A DNA stretch of 64,000 nucleotides from Spirulina sp. (GTDB lineage: Bacteria; Cyanobacteriota; Cyanobacteriia; Phormidesmidales; Phormidesmidaceae): assembly GCA_044070495.1 (NCBI GenBank), contig JBIPSI010000009.1:1-64000 (forward strand). Direction: 5' to 3'. The notes under the pieces were generated by a model, which worked only from the letters and a program-made list of their open reading frames with translations, searched no databases and was not told where the DNA came from. The position numbers and the translations under genes were made by a program. Below, one piece after another: positions 51,734 through 60,559 of this stretch; the stretch's first letter is position 1; every line of letters begins with the position of its first letter.

Positions 51734-52025
51734 TTCTTACTCCTAAGAAAAGTGCGCCCTACCTCGATTAGGCTGACAACCAAGGCTGGAATCACGAGAT
51801 AATCTATTTTAGAGTGCCCACCCTGCCGACTAGAGACTAGCGATCACAAGAAACTTCTTAAGTCGTTACAAACAATAAGCAGGATTCATTGATGTTTACT
51901 AAGATTTACTCAAGTCTATCTATTTCAGAAGTCATACTCATAGGATACTCATCACAGATCTGATCGTTCTCAAAACTGCGTAAACGACCCTAAGGCTGGG
52001 ATGAGTGAGTTGATCGAGATGGCTC

Positions 52026-53396
52026 TTAAAGCATCCCTGCCGATTCGTAGAGGCGGCGCATAAAGGCTAGGATTTTGCGGCCATAGTCGGGGTCGCTATT
52101 CCAGCGTCCGGTGAGTTGATCGACCAGGGGCGCGATGCCACGGCGCACAAACTGAAACCGAGGATCCACCTGGCTTTGAATCAGGGGTTCTAGGCTGCCG
52201 TAGGCCTTCAGGTGTTGAATTTGGGCGCGAACCCCAATGCGGGCGGTGGGAAAGGACGATCCCTCTGGGCCACCGGTGGGGGATCCCAGTCCGCCAAAGT
52301 TGTTGTGAACAGGGTTTAGGCTGCCGCCAAAATGGAGGGTATTGGTTTCCACCAGCATTTGGCAAAAGGCGATGTCGTGGTTGACACCCTCAACGGCGGA
52401 CTCTTCTCGGTAGAGCTTGGCCAAATCCTGGTACTGGGTGACGGCGGCCTCATTGACGGTTTTGAGGAACATGATCAACTGCACCTCGGAGGTGCTGCCC
52501 AAGCCCATCAACCGATCCATCGCCCCAGGGCAGATTCCCATGCCCGTGGCCGACCGCAGCAGCAGGGTGCGAGTTTCGCCATTCCAGTTCACAGAAACGT
52601 TGTAGCTCCGTAGATCGACGGCCTTGATGTAAACCACGTTGCCGTAGCGCAAGCGGGTAATATTAGGGGCGTTGGTGAGGTCTACCCCCAGCAGGTCAGC
52701 GAGGTCTACGGGAATATAGGAGTTGTTGTTGACGATGATTCCGGTTTCGGGATAGATACCGCCGTTGATGCTGATGCGGATTTCGGGAAAGGTGGAACCA
52801 CTGGCGGCGCTGGTACTGGCGGCTACCGCTGGAGCCACAGATCGACTCCAGGAGGCCAGCCCATCGGCCAGCCCTAGGGCAATGTCCCGCCGCTGGTTTT
52901 GGATGATGGCTAAATCCTGGGGGCTGTTGAGATGGCCAATTTCCATCAGCAGCGAGGGGCAGCGCAGGGAACGGGTGAAGTCTAGCCGCCCCGTTGGCGA
53001 TTCGGTGTCGGGTTTAGCGCCTCGGCTGGGCAGTGGGGTCACCCGTCGCCGCAGGGCCAGCAGCAGGATCTCGGCGTGGGAACGACGCACCTCGTTTTGG
53101 GCGATGTAGAACACGGCGGAACCGCGCACCCCCGGATCGCTGTAGGCCCCGCCATGCACCTCTAGGGCCACATCCTGGGGCTGACAGCGCATGTTAATCC
53201 AGGCCAGGGTTTGGGCGGTGCTCAGATCATCGGGTACCGCCAGCACGGGCAGCCCCCGCGACCGTAGCTCAGCGACGACCAAATCTCGCACCTGAATCAT
53301 CTCTGCGGCTTCCGTTGTGCCGGGTAACACCAGGCCAGGATCAGCGACCCCCTCTTCATAACCGCCGTGGCCTGCTGAAATAAAAATCTGTGCCAT
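52026..53396 (-). CDS. tftA: Amidase_3 + glucosaminidase cell-wall hydrolase (TftA-like)
   Basis: IFISAGHGG..E, LEVH, LLMEIG; C-terminal EGVNHDIAFCQMLVET..NNFGGLG..DPRF. Confidence 0.75.
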   Translation of the reverse strand: MAQIFISAGHGGYEEGVADPGLVLPGTTEAAEMIQVRDLVVAELRSRGLPVLAVPDDLSTAQTLAWINMRCQPQDVALEVHGGAYSDPGVRGSAVFYIAQNEVRRSHAEILLLALRRRVTPLPSRGAKPDTESPTGRLDFTRSLRCPSLLMEIGHLNSPQDLAIIQNQRRDIALGLADGLASWSRSVAPAVAASTSAASGSTFPEIRISINGGIYPETGIIVNNNSYIPVDLADLLGVDLTNAPNITRLRYGNVVYIKAVDLRSYNVSVNWNGETRTLLLRSATGMGICPGAMDRLMGLGSTSEVQLIMFLKTVNEAAVTQYQDLAKLYREESAVEGVNHDIAFCQMLVETNTLHFGGSLNPVHNNFGGLGSPTGGPEGSSFPTARIGVRAQIQHLKAYGSLEPLIQSQVDPRFQFVRRGIAPLVDQLTGRWNSDPDYGRKILAFMRRLYESAGML

Positions 53397-53548
53397 GGTG
53401 ACAAGGTGTTGAGCGACTCTCTGGCCAGAATCATACCTATGAACTGGCCGATTGGGACGGATTTTGCCCTGGGCCGATGCCAGGAACCTCGCCCTAGGCC
53501 ATGCCCCTTCCGCCAAGCACCATTGGGTGTTGACGGAAGGGGGGCAGT

Positions 53549-54121
53549 TCACCCTCGACCGAAGGCTTGCAGCCGATCCCCGGTGATACGGCACAATTGC
53601 CACTCTGGCTTTAGCTCGGCTCCCATGCGCTGATAAAACTCGATGGCGGGGGTGTTCCAATCCAGCACACTCCACTCGAACCGACCACAGCCCTGGGACA
53701 GCGCCAGTTGGCCCAAATACCGAAACAACGCCTGCCCCACACCCCGACGACGGTAGGTGGGCAGCACGAAGAGATCCTCAAGGTATAGCCCAGGCTGCAT
53801 TAAAAATGTCGAGAAGTTGTAGAAATAGAGGGCCATTCCGGCGACGGTTCCGTCGATCTCTGCGATCACAGCCTCGGCGTAGGGCCGATCTCCGAATAGG
53901 TTTTGGGCCAAATCCTCCGGCGATCCGGTGACTTCGTGGGAAAGCTTTTCGTACTCCGCTAGGGCCTGAATTAAAGCGACTAGCGTGGCGATATCGGCTG
54001 GGGTGGCGGGGCGAATCGTCACGGAGGAGGCGGTGCTAGTAGAGAGTTCCGCCGTAGAGGCATCGCTGGTGACCGGGATCCCATCAGATAAAGGCTGTAA
54101 GGGGTGATCGGCATGGGTCAT
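53549..54121 (-). CDS. GNAT N-acetyltransferase (SSAT-like)
   Basis: LAEYEKL, LYLEDLFV..RRRGVG, WSVLDWNTPAIEFY. Confidence 0.9.
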   Translation of the reverse strand: MTHADHPLQPLSDGIPVTSDASTAELSTSTASSVTIRPATPADIATLVALIQALAEYEKLSHEVTGSPEDLAQNLFGDRPYAEAVIAEIDGTVAGMALYFYNFSTFLMQPGLYLEDLFVLPTYRRRGVGQALFRYLGQLALSQGCGRFEWSVLDWNTPAIEFYQRMGAELKPEWQLCRITGDRLQAFGRG

Positions 54122-54260
54122 GGAAAACGTACTCGCTTCGGCTAGAGACAGGTATTTATCCTATACCGCCCTACCTTGAATTTCGCCTTGCCGCCGCCTT
54201 GCCACCGCTAACGTCCAGGGATGGGGCTAGACCATTCGCCAGTCACCCCCTATCCAGACC

Positions 54261-55001
54261 CTAGGAAAGGTGAGAGGCGAAGTGGGCATGGTGACTATGG
54301 CCGTTGGTTTCGGCGGTTACGCGCTCAATGTTGAACCGATACCCGACGTTGCGTACGGTTTGGATGATGTTTGGCTGGCGCGGATCGACCTCGATTTTTT
54401 TGCGCAAAGATAGAATGTGGGTATCGACGGTGCGGGGGTTATCGATGGCATCGGGCCAAGCGCGGCGCAGCAGATCTGTCCGGCTGAGGGGAGATCCAGA
54501 GGCCTGGGTGAGTACGTAGAGGAGACTAAATTCCTGGGGAGTGAGGTCAATATATTCGCCACGAAAGCGCACCCGACGCTGCACGAGATCAATATTTAAG
54601 TCGCCGTAGGTCAGGGAAGCAGGGGCGTTCATGAGCCGAATCCGGCGGGTCAGGGCTTCCACCCGGGCTAAAAACTCCTGCATCCCAAAGGGCTTGGTGA
54701 GGTAGTCATCGGCCCCGGCCCGCAACCCCGATACAATATCGGCTTCGGTGGTGCAGGCCGAAAGAATCATAATCAGGGGCTGGCCATGGCTGTGGAGCCA
54801 GCGACATAGTTCTAGGCCGTCACCATCGGGCAATTGGGAATCTAGGATGACCAAATTGGGCTGCTTAGCTTGGAACAGATCACGGGTTCGCACCATATCG
54901 GCTGACTGAAAAACCTGATAGCCAGCCTGCTGAAGGTGCCAGCCCAAGAGCGATCGCAAATGGGGGTTGCCCTCAATGACGTGAACGGATACAGAGCCCA
55001 C
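54261..55001 (-). CDS. nrrA: OmpR-family nitrogen-regulated response regulator NrrA (Rre37)
   Basis: EGNPHLRSLLGWHLQQ and WPDAIDNPRTVDTH signatures; NtcA-type promoter upstream. Confidence 0.85.
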   Translation of the reverse strand: MGSVSVHVIEGNPHLRSLLGWHLQQAGYQVFQSADMVRTRDLFQAKQPNLVILDSQLPDGDGLELCRWLHSHGQPLIMILSACTTEADIVSGLRAGADDYLTKPFGMQEFLARVEALTRRIRLMNAPASLTYGDLNIDLVQRRVRFRGEYIDLTPQEFSLLYVLTQASGSPLSRTDLLRRAWPDAIDNPRTVDTHILSLRKKIEVDPRQPNIIQTVRNVGYRFNIERVTAETNGHSHHAHFASHLS

Positions 55002-55036
55002 AGAGATTAGGAATAAACGTCAAATTTTATCCGCCA

Positions 55037-55078
55037 AACATATCAAAGGCCGCTCGGCTTTTTTGTAGCTAGGGTTAC
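55037..55078 (-). promoter_or_regulatory. Class II NtcA-activated promoter of nrrA
   Basis: Minus strand GTA-ACCCTAGC-TAC (55078-55065), 22 nt, then TATGTT (TAN3T, 55042-55037). Confidence 0.85.
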
Positions 55079-55402
55079 GCCAAGCTGCCCCCCAGGAATA
55101 ATCAGCTTCAGAGCGATTCGGGCTCTCCTATCCTAGGGCGCTTCCCATGGCCTAAGGGCCATGCCGCGATGGGTGATCGTCTGGCCATCTCGTCTGGCCA
55201 TCTCGCGTGATCACCCTTGGGCGGCCCCTAGGGTGATTTCCAGATCAAGGCGATGGTTAACTAGCCTACAGAACCTAAAAAAAGTGGAAGATCGGTAGAA
55301 TCGGAACTGGGCTAAATAGTCTTAAAATCGCGAATTAACGGCAAAAAAGACGCCGTAGCTCCTAAATTGGGCCATGGCCTCCCCGGTATGATGAGGTTAG
55401 CT

Positions 55403-55816
55403 ATGGTCTTTCCAAACATGATCCCCCTCCATGACGGCTATATTCTCGTTCTAGCTTCAGATCATCAGGAAATTCGTAATATCCACGCCATAGAGGCTGA
55501 TTTGCCCTATCCGGTGGTGGTAGCCCGTTCAGTAGAGCAAGCGATGACCCAACTCGGTCAAGGAAACCCTTGTCTCGTCATTTTGATCGATCCCAGTGAC
55601 CCGTCTTGGCCACAGACGTTGGTACGACATTTGAGACAAAACTCACCTGCCGATAATGTGACCATTGTGGCTCTTACCGATTCTGCCAGCCCCCAGTGGA
55701 ATCATACCGAAGACACCCCAGAACTGGACGGTTTTCTAGTCAGACCGCTCAGCCTCGATATTGTGAAATCCTTAGTAGAGTCGGCCCATGCCCGCCAGAC
55801 TTGGCATGGGATTTAA
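55403..55816 (+). CDS. Atypical receiver-fold protein
   Basis: PCLVILID, TIVALT, LDGFLVRPL; lacks the N-terminal acidic pair and has R for the conserved K; start uncertain. Confidence 0.65.
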   Translation: MVFPNMIPLHDGYILVLASDHQEIRNIHAIEADLPYPVVVARSVEQAMTQLGQGNPCLVILIDPSDPSWPQTLVRHLRQNSPADNVTIVALTDSASPQWNHTEDTPELDGFLVRPLSLDIVKSLVESAHARQTWHGI

Positions 55817-55966
55817 AGCGCCTGCCCCGAAGGAGATCTATCCAACGGGGATTAATGTTAAAAAAGTTTTTATTTCAACGCGTATTTTAACGGTTTAAAC
55901 ACAGAGAAAACCATGGGTAGGTCGGCTGAACTGGGTATGCTTTGAGGAGGTCAAGGGGGCCTTTCC

Positions 55967-56263
55967 ATGCTGCCAAAAATCCTAGAAGAACGTCGCATTC
56001 CAATTTTCAAGTTCTGGTTTGGTGGGGCCTTGCAAGATGGCGCACACTATCAAAACGAGCTGTATTACCGAGCGCTAACGGTGGAGAGCGACAAACGCAC
56101 CCGCCTATATCACCTAGCCTGCAAGCTCAGTGAAAAAGGCGGTGCCGTGGTGGTTTCGTTGGATGACAACCAGTGCAGCCTGTGGATTAGCCTACGCGAT
56201 CAAGCCCTAGCCCACAAAACCATGGAGGGTCGGGTAGCGGGGCTGCCGCGCCCATCCCTTTAG
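55967..56263 (+). CDS. Conserved hypothetical protein
   Basis: PIFKFWF..LQDGAHYQNELY..CSLWISLR. Confidence 0.65.
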   Translation: MLPKILEERRIPIFKFWFGGALQDGAHYQNELYYRALTVESDKRTRLYHLACKLSEKGGAVVVSLDDNQCSLWISLRDQALAHKTMEGRVAGLPRPSL

Positions 56264-56444
56264 CGGGCAAGGTACCAGAACAAAAGTGACGGAGAGGGCT
56301 GGAAGCTAGGGCTGACGGGCATTGCATTAAGAATTATGAAACCACTTCAATTGATCGCCACAGTAGGTTTGAGCAGATTAGGAATCGAGGGTATGAAGTT
56401 TGGATTGGGGATCGTGGCTGACCTAGGGCTAGAGGTGAGGGCCG

Positions 56445-56660
56445 CTAAAACAGGGTTAAATCCCACTCCGCATCGCTGAATTGGTCTGGCCCCACCAGAT
56501 CAGCCCGCACGGCCAGGTAGCGGCTGCAATAGATCGACGATTGCTTAAAGCGAGGGTTAGGGCGTCCGGCCTGGGCGTCTTGTTCGGCGTAGGCTTCTAG
56601 ATATTCTGGGGCAATGGCCTGGGTTTTTACCTGGACAGCGTTGGATTCCGGAACAGACAT
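56445..56660 (-). CDS. Small hypothetical protein
   Basis: GGAGGAG RBS before the ATG; 71 aa. Confidence 0.6.
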   Translation of the reverse strand: MSVPESNAVQVKTQAIAPEYLEAYAEQDAQAGRPNPRFKQSSIYCSRYLAVRADLVGPDQFSDAEWDLTLF

Positions 56661-56784
56661 CAGCTCCTCCCACCGTGATAGCGGATTTTCTTGTTCCTAA
56701 AGATAATCCCAATGCCCCAAAAGTGGGTCAGGCTTTCAAAAGGTTTAAGGGTGCGGCCTCTCCCCTTGGCCCTACTGTAACGGC

Positions 56785-57825
56785 CTACCCTACGTAGAGG
56801 TTCATCACCAGCGTTAGCAAAAAGACGATTTGCGCGGCGAGAACAAACAGATAGATAATCGCCCGTCCTTTAAATACCGTCAGCAGCAGACTGATGTTTT
56901 TGAGGTCGATCATGGGGCCAAACACCAGGAAGGCCAGCAACGACCCGCTCGTAAACACCGAGGCGAAGGACAGGGCAAAGAAGGAATCTACCGTGGAGCA
57001 AATGGAGACCACCCAGGCCAGGGCCATCATCGCCACGATGGAGGTGACTGGCCCCTGGCCCAGGCTGAGGATCACGTCCCTAGGAATGGCGACCTGCACA
57101 AAGGCGGCAATGGCGCTGCCTAGGATTAGCACAGCCCCCAGTTCTCGCATCTCCAGCACCATGTTGTCCACCATCATGCGTAGGCGTACTCGCATCGGCG
57201 GCGGGGCACCCGTTACCTGGGCCAACACCTGGGCGGGGGGGGCATCCAGTTGCAGCACTTGGCCGGGGGCCTGCATCAAAAATGTGCCAGATTTTAGGAG
57301 CGGAGAAATCTCTTCGTCGGGGGTGGCTTGACCGTTGGCACTGACCTTAGGAGCCGGTTCCGGATCGGCCATCATACGGGCCAGATTGTCTTGCAAAAAG
57401 GGCCGCATGTCGGCTTGGGTGCTGAAAATTAGGGCGATGGTCATGGCCACAATCAGCGTAAAAATCACCCGCAAAAAGACGATTTCTGGCTGGTCACGGA
57501 AGGCAATCCAGGTGGCCCAAAACACGATGGGGTTCACCGTGGGAGCCGCCAGCAAAAAGCCGATGGCCAGTGCCGTGGGGGCACCTTTCATCATCAACCG
57601 CCGCGCCACGGGGATGTTGCCACACTCGCACACCGGGAACAGAAAGCCAATTAGGCCCCCCGCTAAGGCCGCCAAAAGGGCATTGCGGGGAACCAGGGTT
57701 AGCAGCTTTTGCTCGTCTACAAACAGCAGCAGCACACTGGAAAAAATCACCCCTAACAGCAGAAAGGGCATCGCCTCTACCAGCAAGCTGAAAAATAGAG
57801 TGATGCCGTTATTGAGTTGAACCAT
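56785..57825 (-). CDS. Permease (ArsP_1/DUF318 family)
   Basis: EAMPFLLLG, PVCECGNIP, SICSTVDSF, FGPMIDLK. Confidence 0.9.
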   Translation of the reverse strand: MVQLNNGITLFFSLLVEAMPFLLLGVIFSSVLLLFVDEQKLLTLVPRNALLAALAGGLIGFLFPVCECGNIPVARRLMMKGAPTALAIGFLLAAPTVNPIVFWATWIAFRDQPEIVFLRVIFTLIVAMTIALIFSTQADMRPFLQDNLARMMADPEPAPKVSANGQATPDEEISPLLKSGTFLMQAPGQVLQLDAPPAQVLAQVTGAPPPMRVRLRMMVDNMVLEMRELGAVLILGSAIAAFVQVAIPRDVILSLGQGPVTSIVAMMALAWVVSICSTVDSFFALSFASVFTSGSLLAFLVFGPMIDLKNISLLLTVFKGRAIIYLFVLAAQIVFLLTLVMNLYVG

Positions 57826-57950
57826 CGGTCTTGAACCCCAGCTATGGCCATGACTCGGCAGGTCTGCCGCTGAACCGGATCGCCCCAGCTAGGCAGACGC
57901 CTATTTTAGCGGATCTTGCTAAGACCAGTCCGTTGTCGGGGATCGCTGGG

Positions 57951-58026
57951 GATCCCCCCTAGCCCCCCTAAAAAAGGGGGGAATCAGACTCAAAGTCCCC
58001 CTTTTTTAGGGGGATTTAGGGGGATC
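57951..58026. repeat. Double-hairpin GATCCCCC..GGGGGATC element
   Basis: GATCCCCCCTAGCCCCCCTAAAAAAGGGGGG..GTCCCCCTTTTTAGGGGGATTTAGGGGGATC. Confidence 0.88.
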
Positions 58027-58067
58027 TCCAGGTGAATTGCGAGCACGCCAAGGTGGGTGTAGGCCGA

Positions 58068-58625
58068 CTACCGAATGCGGTTGGGGGTAGAACGCCGATG
58101 GCGCATCCGACGAATCAGGGGCAAACCCAGGTAGTAGCTGAGAAAGCCCATCGCCAAACCGACCACAGTACTGCCCAGCATCAGCCTTACCGAGACCTCG
58201 GTGCCCATGTCGGCCCAGCCCCGCAGGCTATCCAGGTCGGTAAAGCCCTTGGTGGAACTGCTGCCCAACATCCAGACCCCCACCTGGTAGTTGAAGGCAA
58301 AGATGGGCAGGTAGGTAAAGGGGTTGCTAATCCAGGTGGAAGCCGCCGCCATGATGCGATTGCCGCGCAACACCGTGGCTACGGCGACACCGATAATAAT
58401 TTGCAAGCCAAACAGCGGGAAGCAGCCGGAAAACACACCGCTGGCCATGCCCCTCGCCAACTGTTCGGGACTGCCCTGGAGCCGGATAAAACGCAGATAG
58501 ACGTAGCGTAGCTTGCGCTGCCAATCCGACGGAAATACCTTACGCATAGCGGAATTTGGGCGAAGTTCGGTGTCTTTGGTCAGGGTCATAGAGGCAACGC
58601 AATGGGGAGAGAACGGGATGGACAT
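58068..58625 (-). CDS. DUF2062 membrane protein
   Basis: SPEQLARGMASGVF..FPLFGLQ..TWISNPFTY; start uncertain. Confidence 0.85.
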   Translation of the reverse strand: MSIPFSPHCVASMTLTKDTELRPNSAMRKVFPSDWQRKLRYVYLRFIRLQGSPEQLARGMASGVFSGCFPLFGLQIIIGVAVATVLRGNRIMAAASTWISNPFTYLPIFAFNYQVGVWMLGSSSTKGFTDLDSLRGWADMGTEVSVRLMLGSTVVGLAMGFLSYYLGLPLIRRMRHRRSTPNRIR

Positions 58626-58725
58626 AAAAAATCGATCCCTATCTGCCGGGGTACGTCCGGTCAGGGATCAGCGGTAGCGGCACAAACTCGTGTTAAGGAA
58701 TGATTCTTTTCTATTCTATCGGTGG

Positions 58726-58770
58726 AGATTTGGATAGACCAGATTTGCATGGGCCAGATTTGCACAGACC
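58726..58770. repeat. 3 x 15-bp tandem repeat
   Basis: agatttggatagacc/agatttgcatgggcc/agatttgcacagacc. Confidence 0.75.
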
Positions 58771-58823
58771 AATGGCCTAGACCCAGTATCCCATCCAGTG
58801 TGGCGGAGGTGTCCTGCCACCGC

Positions 58824-58891
58824 ATCGCCAAACCCACGGAATCGCCAAACTCACGGAGTCGCCAAACCTACGGAATCGCCAAACCCACGGG
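58824..58891. repeat. 4 x 17-bp tandem repeat RTCGCCAAACYYACGGR
   Basis: atcgccaaacccacgga/atcgccaaactcacgga/gtcgccaaacctacgga/atcgccaaacccacggg. Confidence 0.88.
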
Positions 58892-59041
58892 GCTTTACCC
58901 GACCCGACGCGGAAAACCCCGATTCCCAGTCCGACAATCCGTAGGGACGAGGTCTCCTCGTCCGCTGATACCGATGGAACCAAGCCAGATTGAGTACCTT
59001 CACCGCCACTAGTGCCATCAACCCCTCAGCCCAACCACCCC

Positions 59042-59527
59042 ATGAGCAAAGCCAACGCCAAAACCAACGCCGCCCGCATCCTCGACCGCCTCAAGCTGCC
59101 CTACCAGGTCTTAGCGTATGAGGTCGATCCCGATGACCTGGCTGCCGAAAGTACCGCCGCCAAACTGGGTCTGCCGCCGGAGCAGGTGTTCAAAACCCTG
59201 GTGGCACGGGGAGATCGCCAGGGGGTTTGCCTTGCCGTGGTGCCCGGAAATGCCCAGCTTGACCTCAAAGCCCTGGCCGGCCTTGCCGGAGAGCGCAAGG
59301 TAGACACCGTGCCCCTGAAGGACGTACAGCCGTTGACGGGCTACATTCGCGGCGGCGTGACGGCCCTGGGCACCAAGAAAACCTACCCCGTCTATGTGGA
59401 TGAATCGATTTTGGCCTTCGACCAAGTGGCCGTTTCCGCCGGAAAACGAGGGCTAATGCTGTGGCTTGCTCCCCAGGACTACCTCACCGCCACCCAAGCC
59501 ACCCTAGGGCCGCTGGCAAAGCCGTAA
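59042..59527 (+). CDS. ybaK: Cys-tRNA(Pro) deacylase
   Basis: KTNAARILD, QVFKTLV, TGYIRGGVTALG, VSAGKRG. Confidence 0.92.
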   Translation: MSKANAKTNAARILDRLKLPYQVLAYEVDPDDLAAESTAAKLGLPPEQVFKTLVARGDRQGVCLAVVPGNAQLDLKALAGLAGERKVDTVPLKDVQPLTGYIRGGVTALGTKKTYPVYVDESILAFDQVAVSAGKRGLMLWLAPQDYLTATQATLGPLAKP

Positions 59528-59549
59528 TCCGCAATTCCAGCAGAGATTG

Positions 59550-59614
59550 AGATCCCAGGGTTCTATAGAGATGTCATCATCTTCGACAAGACCCTAGGCA
59601 GAACCCTGGGATCT
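59550..59614. repeat. Inverted-repeat doublet, second copy
   Basis: AGATCCCAGGGTTCT-N35-AGAACCCTGGGATCT. Confidence 0.8.
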
Positions 59615-59673
59615 GAAGGGTTGGCCGCCACCCCCTGCGCTAGGATCAAAGCGGATTCCCACCCCCCACTCCC

Positions 59674-60375
59674 ATGACCTCATCCCCGCCCCCCAACCCC
59701 AGCCGATCCCCCTGGGATTTTGGCCGATTGGTGCAAACCCTGGATTTTTTCGAGTCCATCCCTGTCGTCAGCAACCTAAAAGCAATGTTTTCTGGTTCCC
59801 AGTCTCCGAAGCCGCCCCAGATAAAGAATGGAGTGCTGTTTGATTTCAGCCATCCCCGCTCATCGACCAGCCTGGAGGCGATGGCCCTGTGGGGGGCGCT
59901 GGATGATGTGGTGATGGGGGGCGTTAGCAACAGCGGGTTTCAGGCGAGGGAGGAAGCGGCCTGCTTTACCGGAAATGTCTCCACCGATAATTCCGGGGGG
60001 TTTGCCTCGGTACGCACCCGCAATTTCGATCCACCCCTAAATCTGGGCACCTACCAGGGGCTAACCCTGCGCCTGCGGGGAGATGGTCAGCGCTACAAAA
60101 TTTTCCTACGGGATCGGGAAGGCTGGGACGCCGTGGCCTACGGGTTGTCCTTCGATACGGTGCCCCAGGAGTGGATCACTGTGCAGGTGCCCTTTAGCGA
60201 CTTGGTGCCCGTGTTTCGCGCCCGTTCCCAGCCCGACACCAAACCCTTGGATCCCACCAGCATCCGATCTCTCCAACTGATGCTGAGCAAGTTTGAGTAC
60301 GACAAAGCCCTCAATCCCCACTTCACCCCTGGCCCTTTTTGCCTAGAGGTGCAGACCATTGCGGCCTATCGTTAG
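59674..60375 (+). CDS. CIA30 family protein
   Basis: WGALDDVVMGGVS, GGFASVRT, RGDGQRYK, LMLSKFEYD. Confidence 0.9.
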   Translation: MTSSPPPNPSRSPWDFGRLVQTLDFFESIPVVSNLKAMFSGSQSPKPPQIKNGVLFDFSHPRSSTSLEAMALWGALDDVVMGGVSNSGFQAREEAACFTGNVSTDNSGGFASVRTRNFDPPLNLGTYQGLTLRLRGDGQRYKIFLRDREGWDAVAYGLSFDTVPQEWITVQVPFSDLVPVFRARSQPDTKPLDPTSIRSLQLMLSKFEYDKALNPHFTPGPFCLEVQTIAAYR

Positions 60376-60417
60376 TTGGTTGTTATTGGTTGTTGGTTAT
60401 TGGTTCTTGGCTATTGG
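60376..60417. repeat. Heptamer tandem repeat (STRR-like)
   Basis: TTATTGG TTGTTGG TTATTGG TTCTTGG CTATTGG. Confidence 0.7.
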
Positions 60418-60559
60418 ATGTTTGAAGACCGTGGGGTTGGGTTCGCCTACTCGTCATCAACGACTCACCCTAGCCAACTAGCGACCTATTTGCCCCTCGT
60501 CAGCATGGCAAAATGGGGAAACTTGGTTTACTTCTGCCGTTCATCCCTGGATTGCTGCA

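Noticed and set aside
58824..58891. 17-bp array as a CRISPR array or c-di-GMP riboswitch
   Set aside because: No spacers, and the riboswitch helices and GAAA tetraloop/receptor are not present
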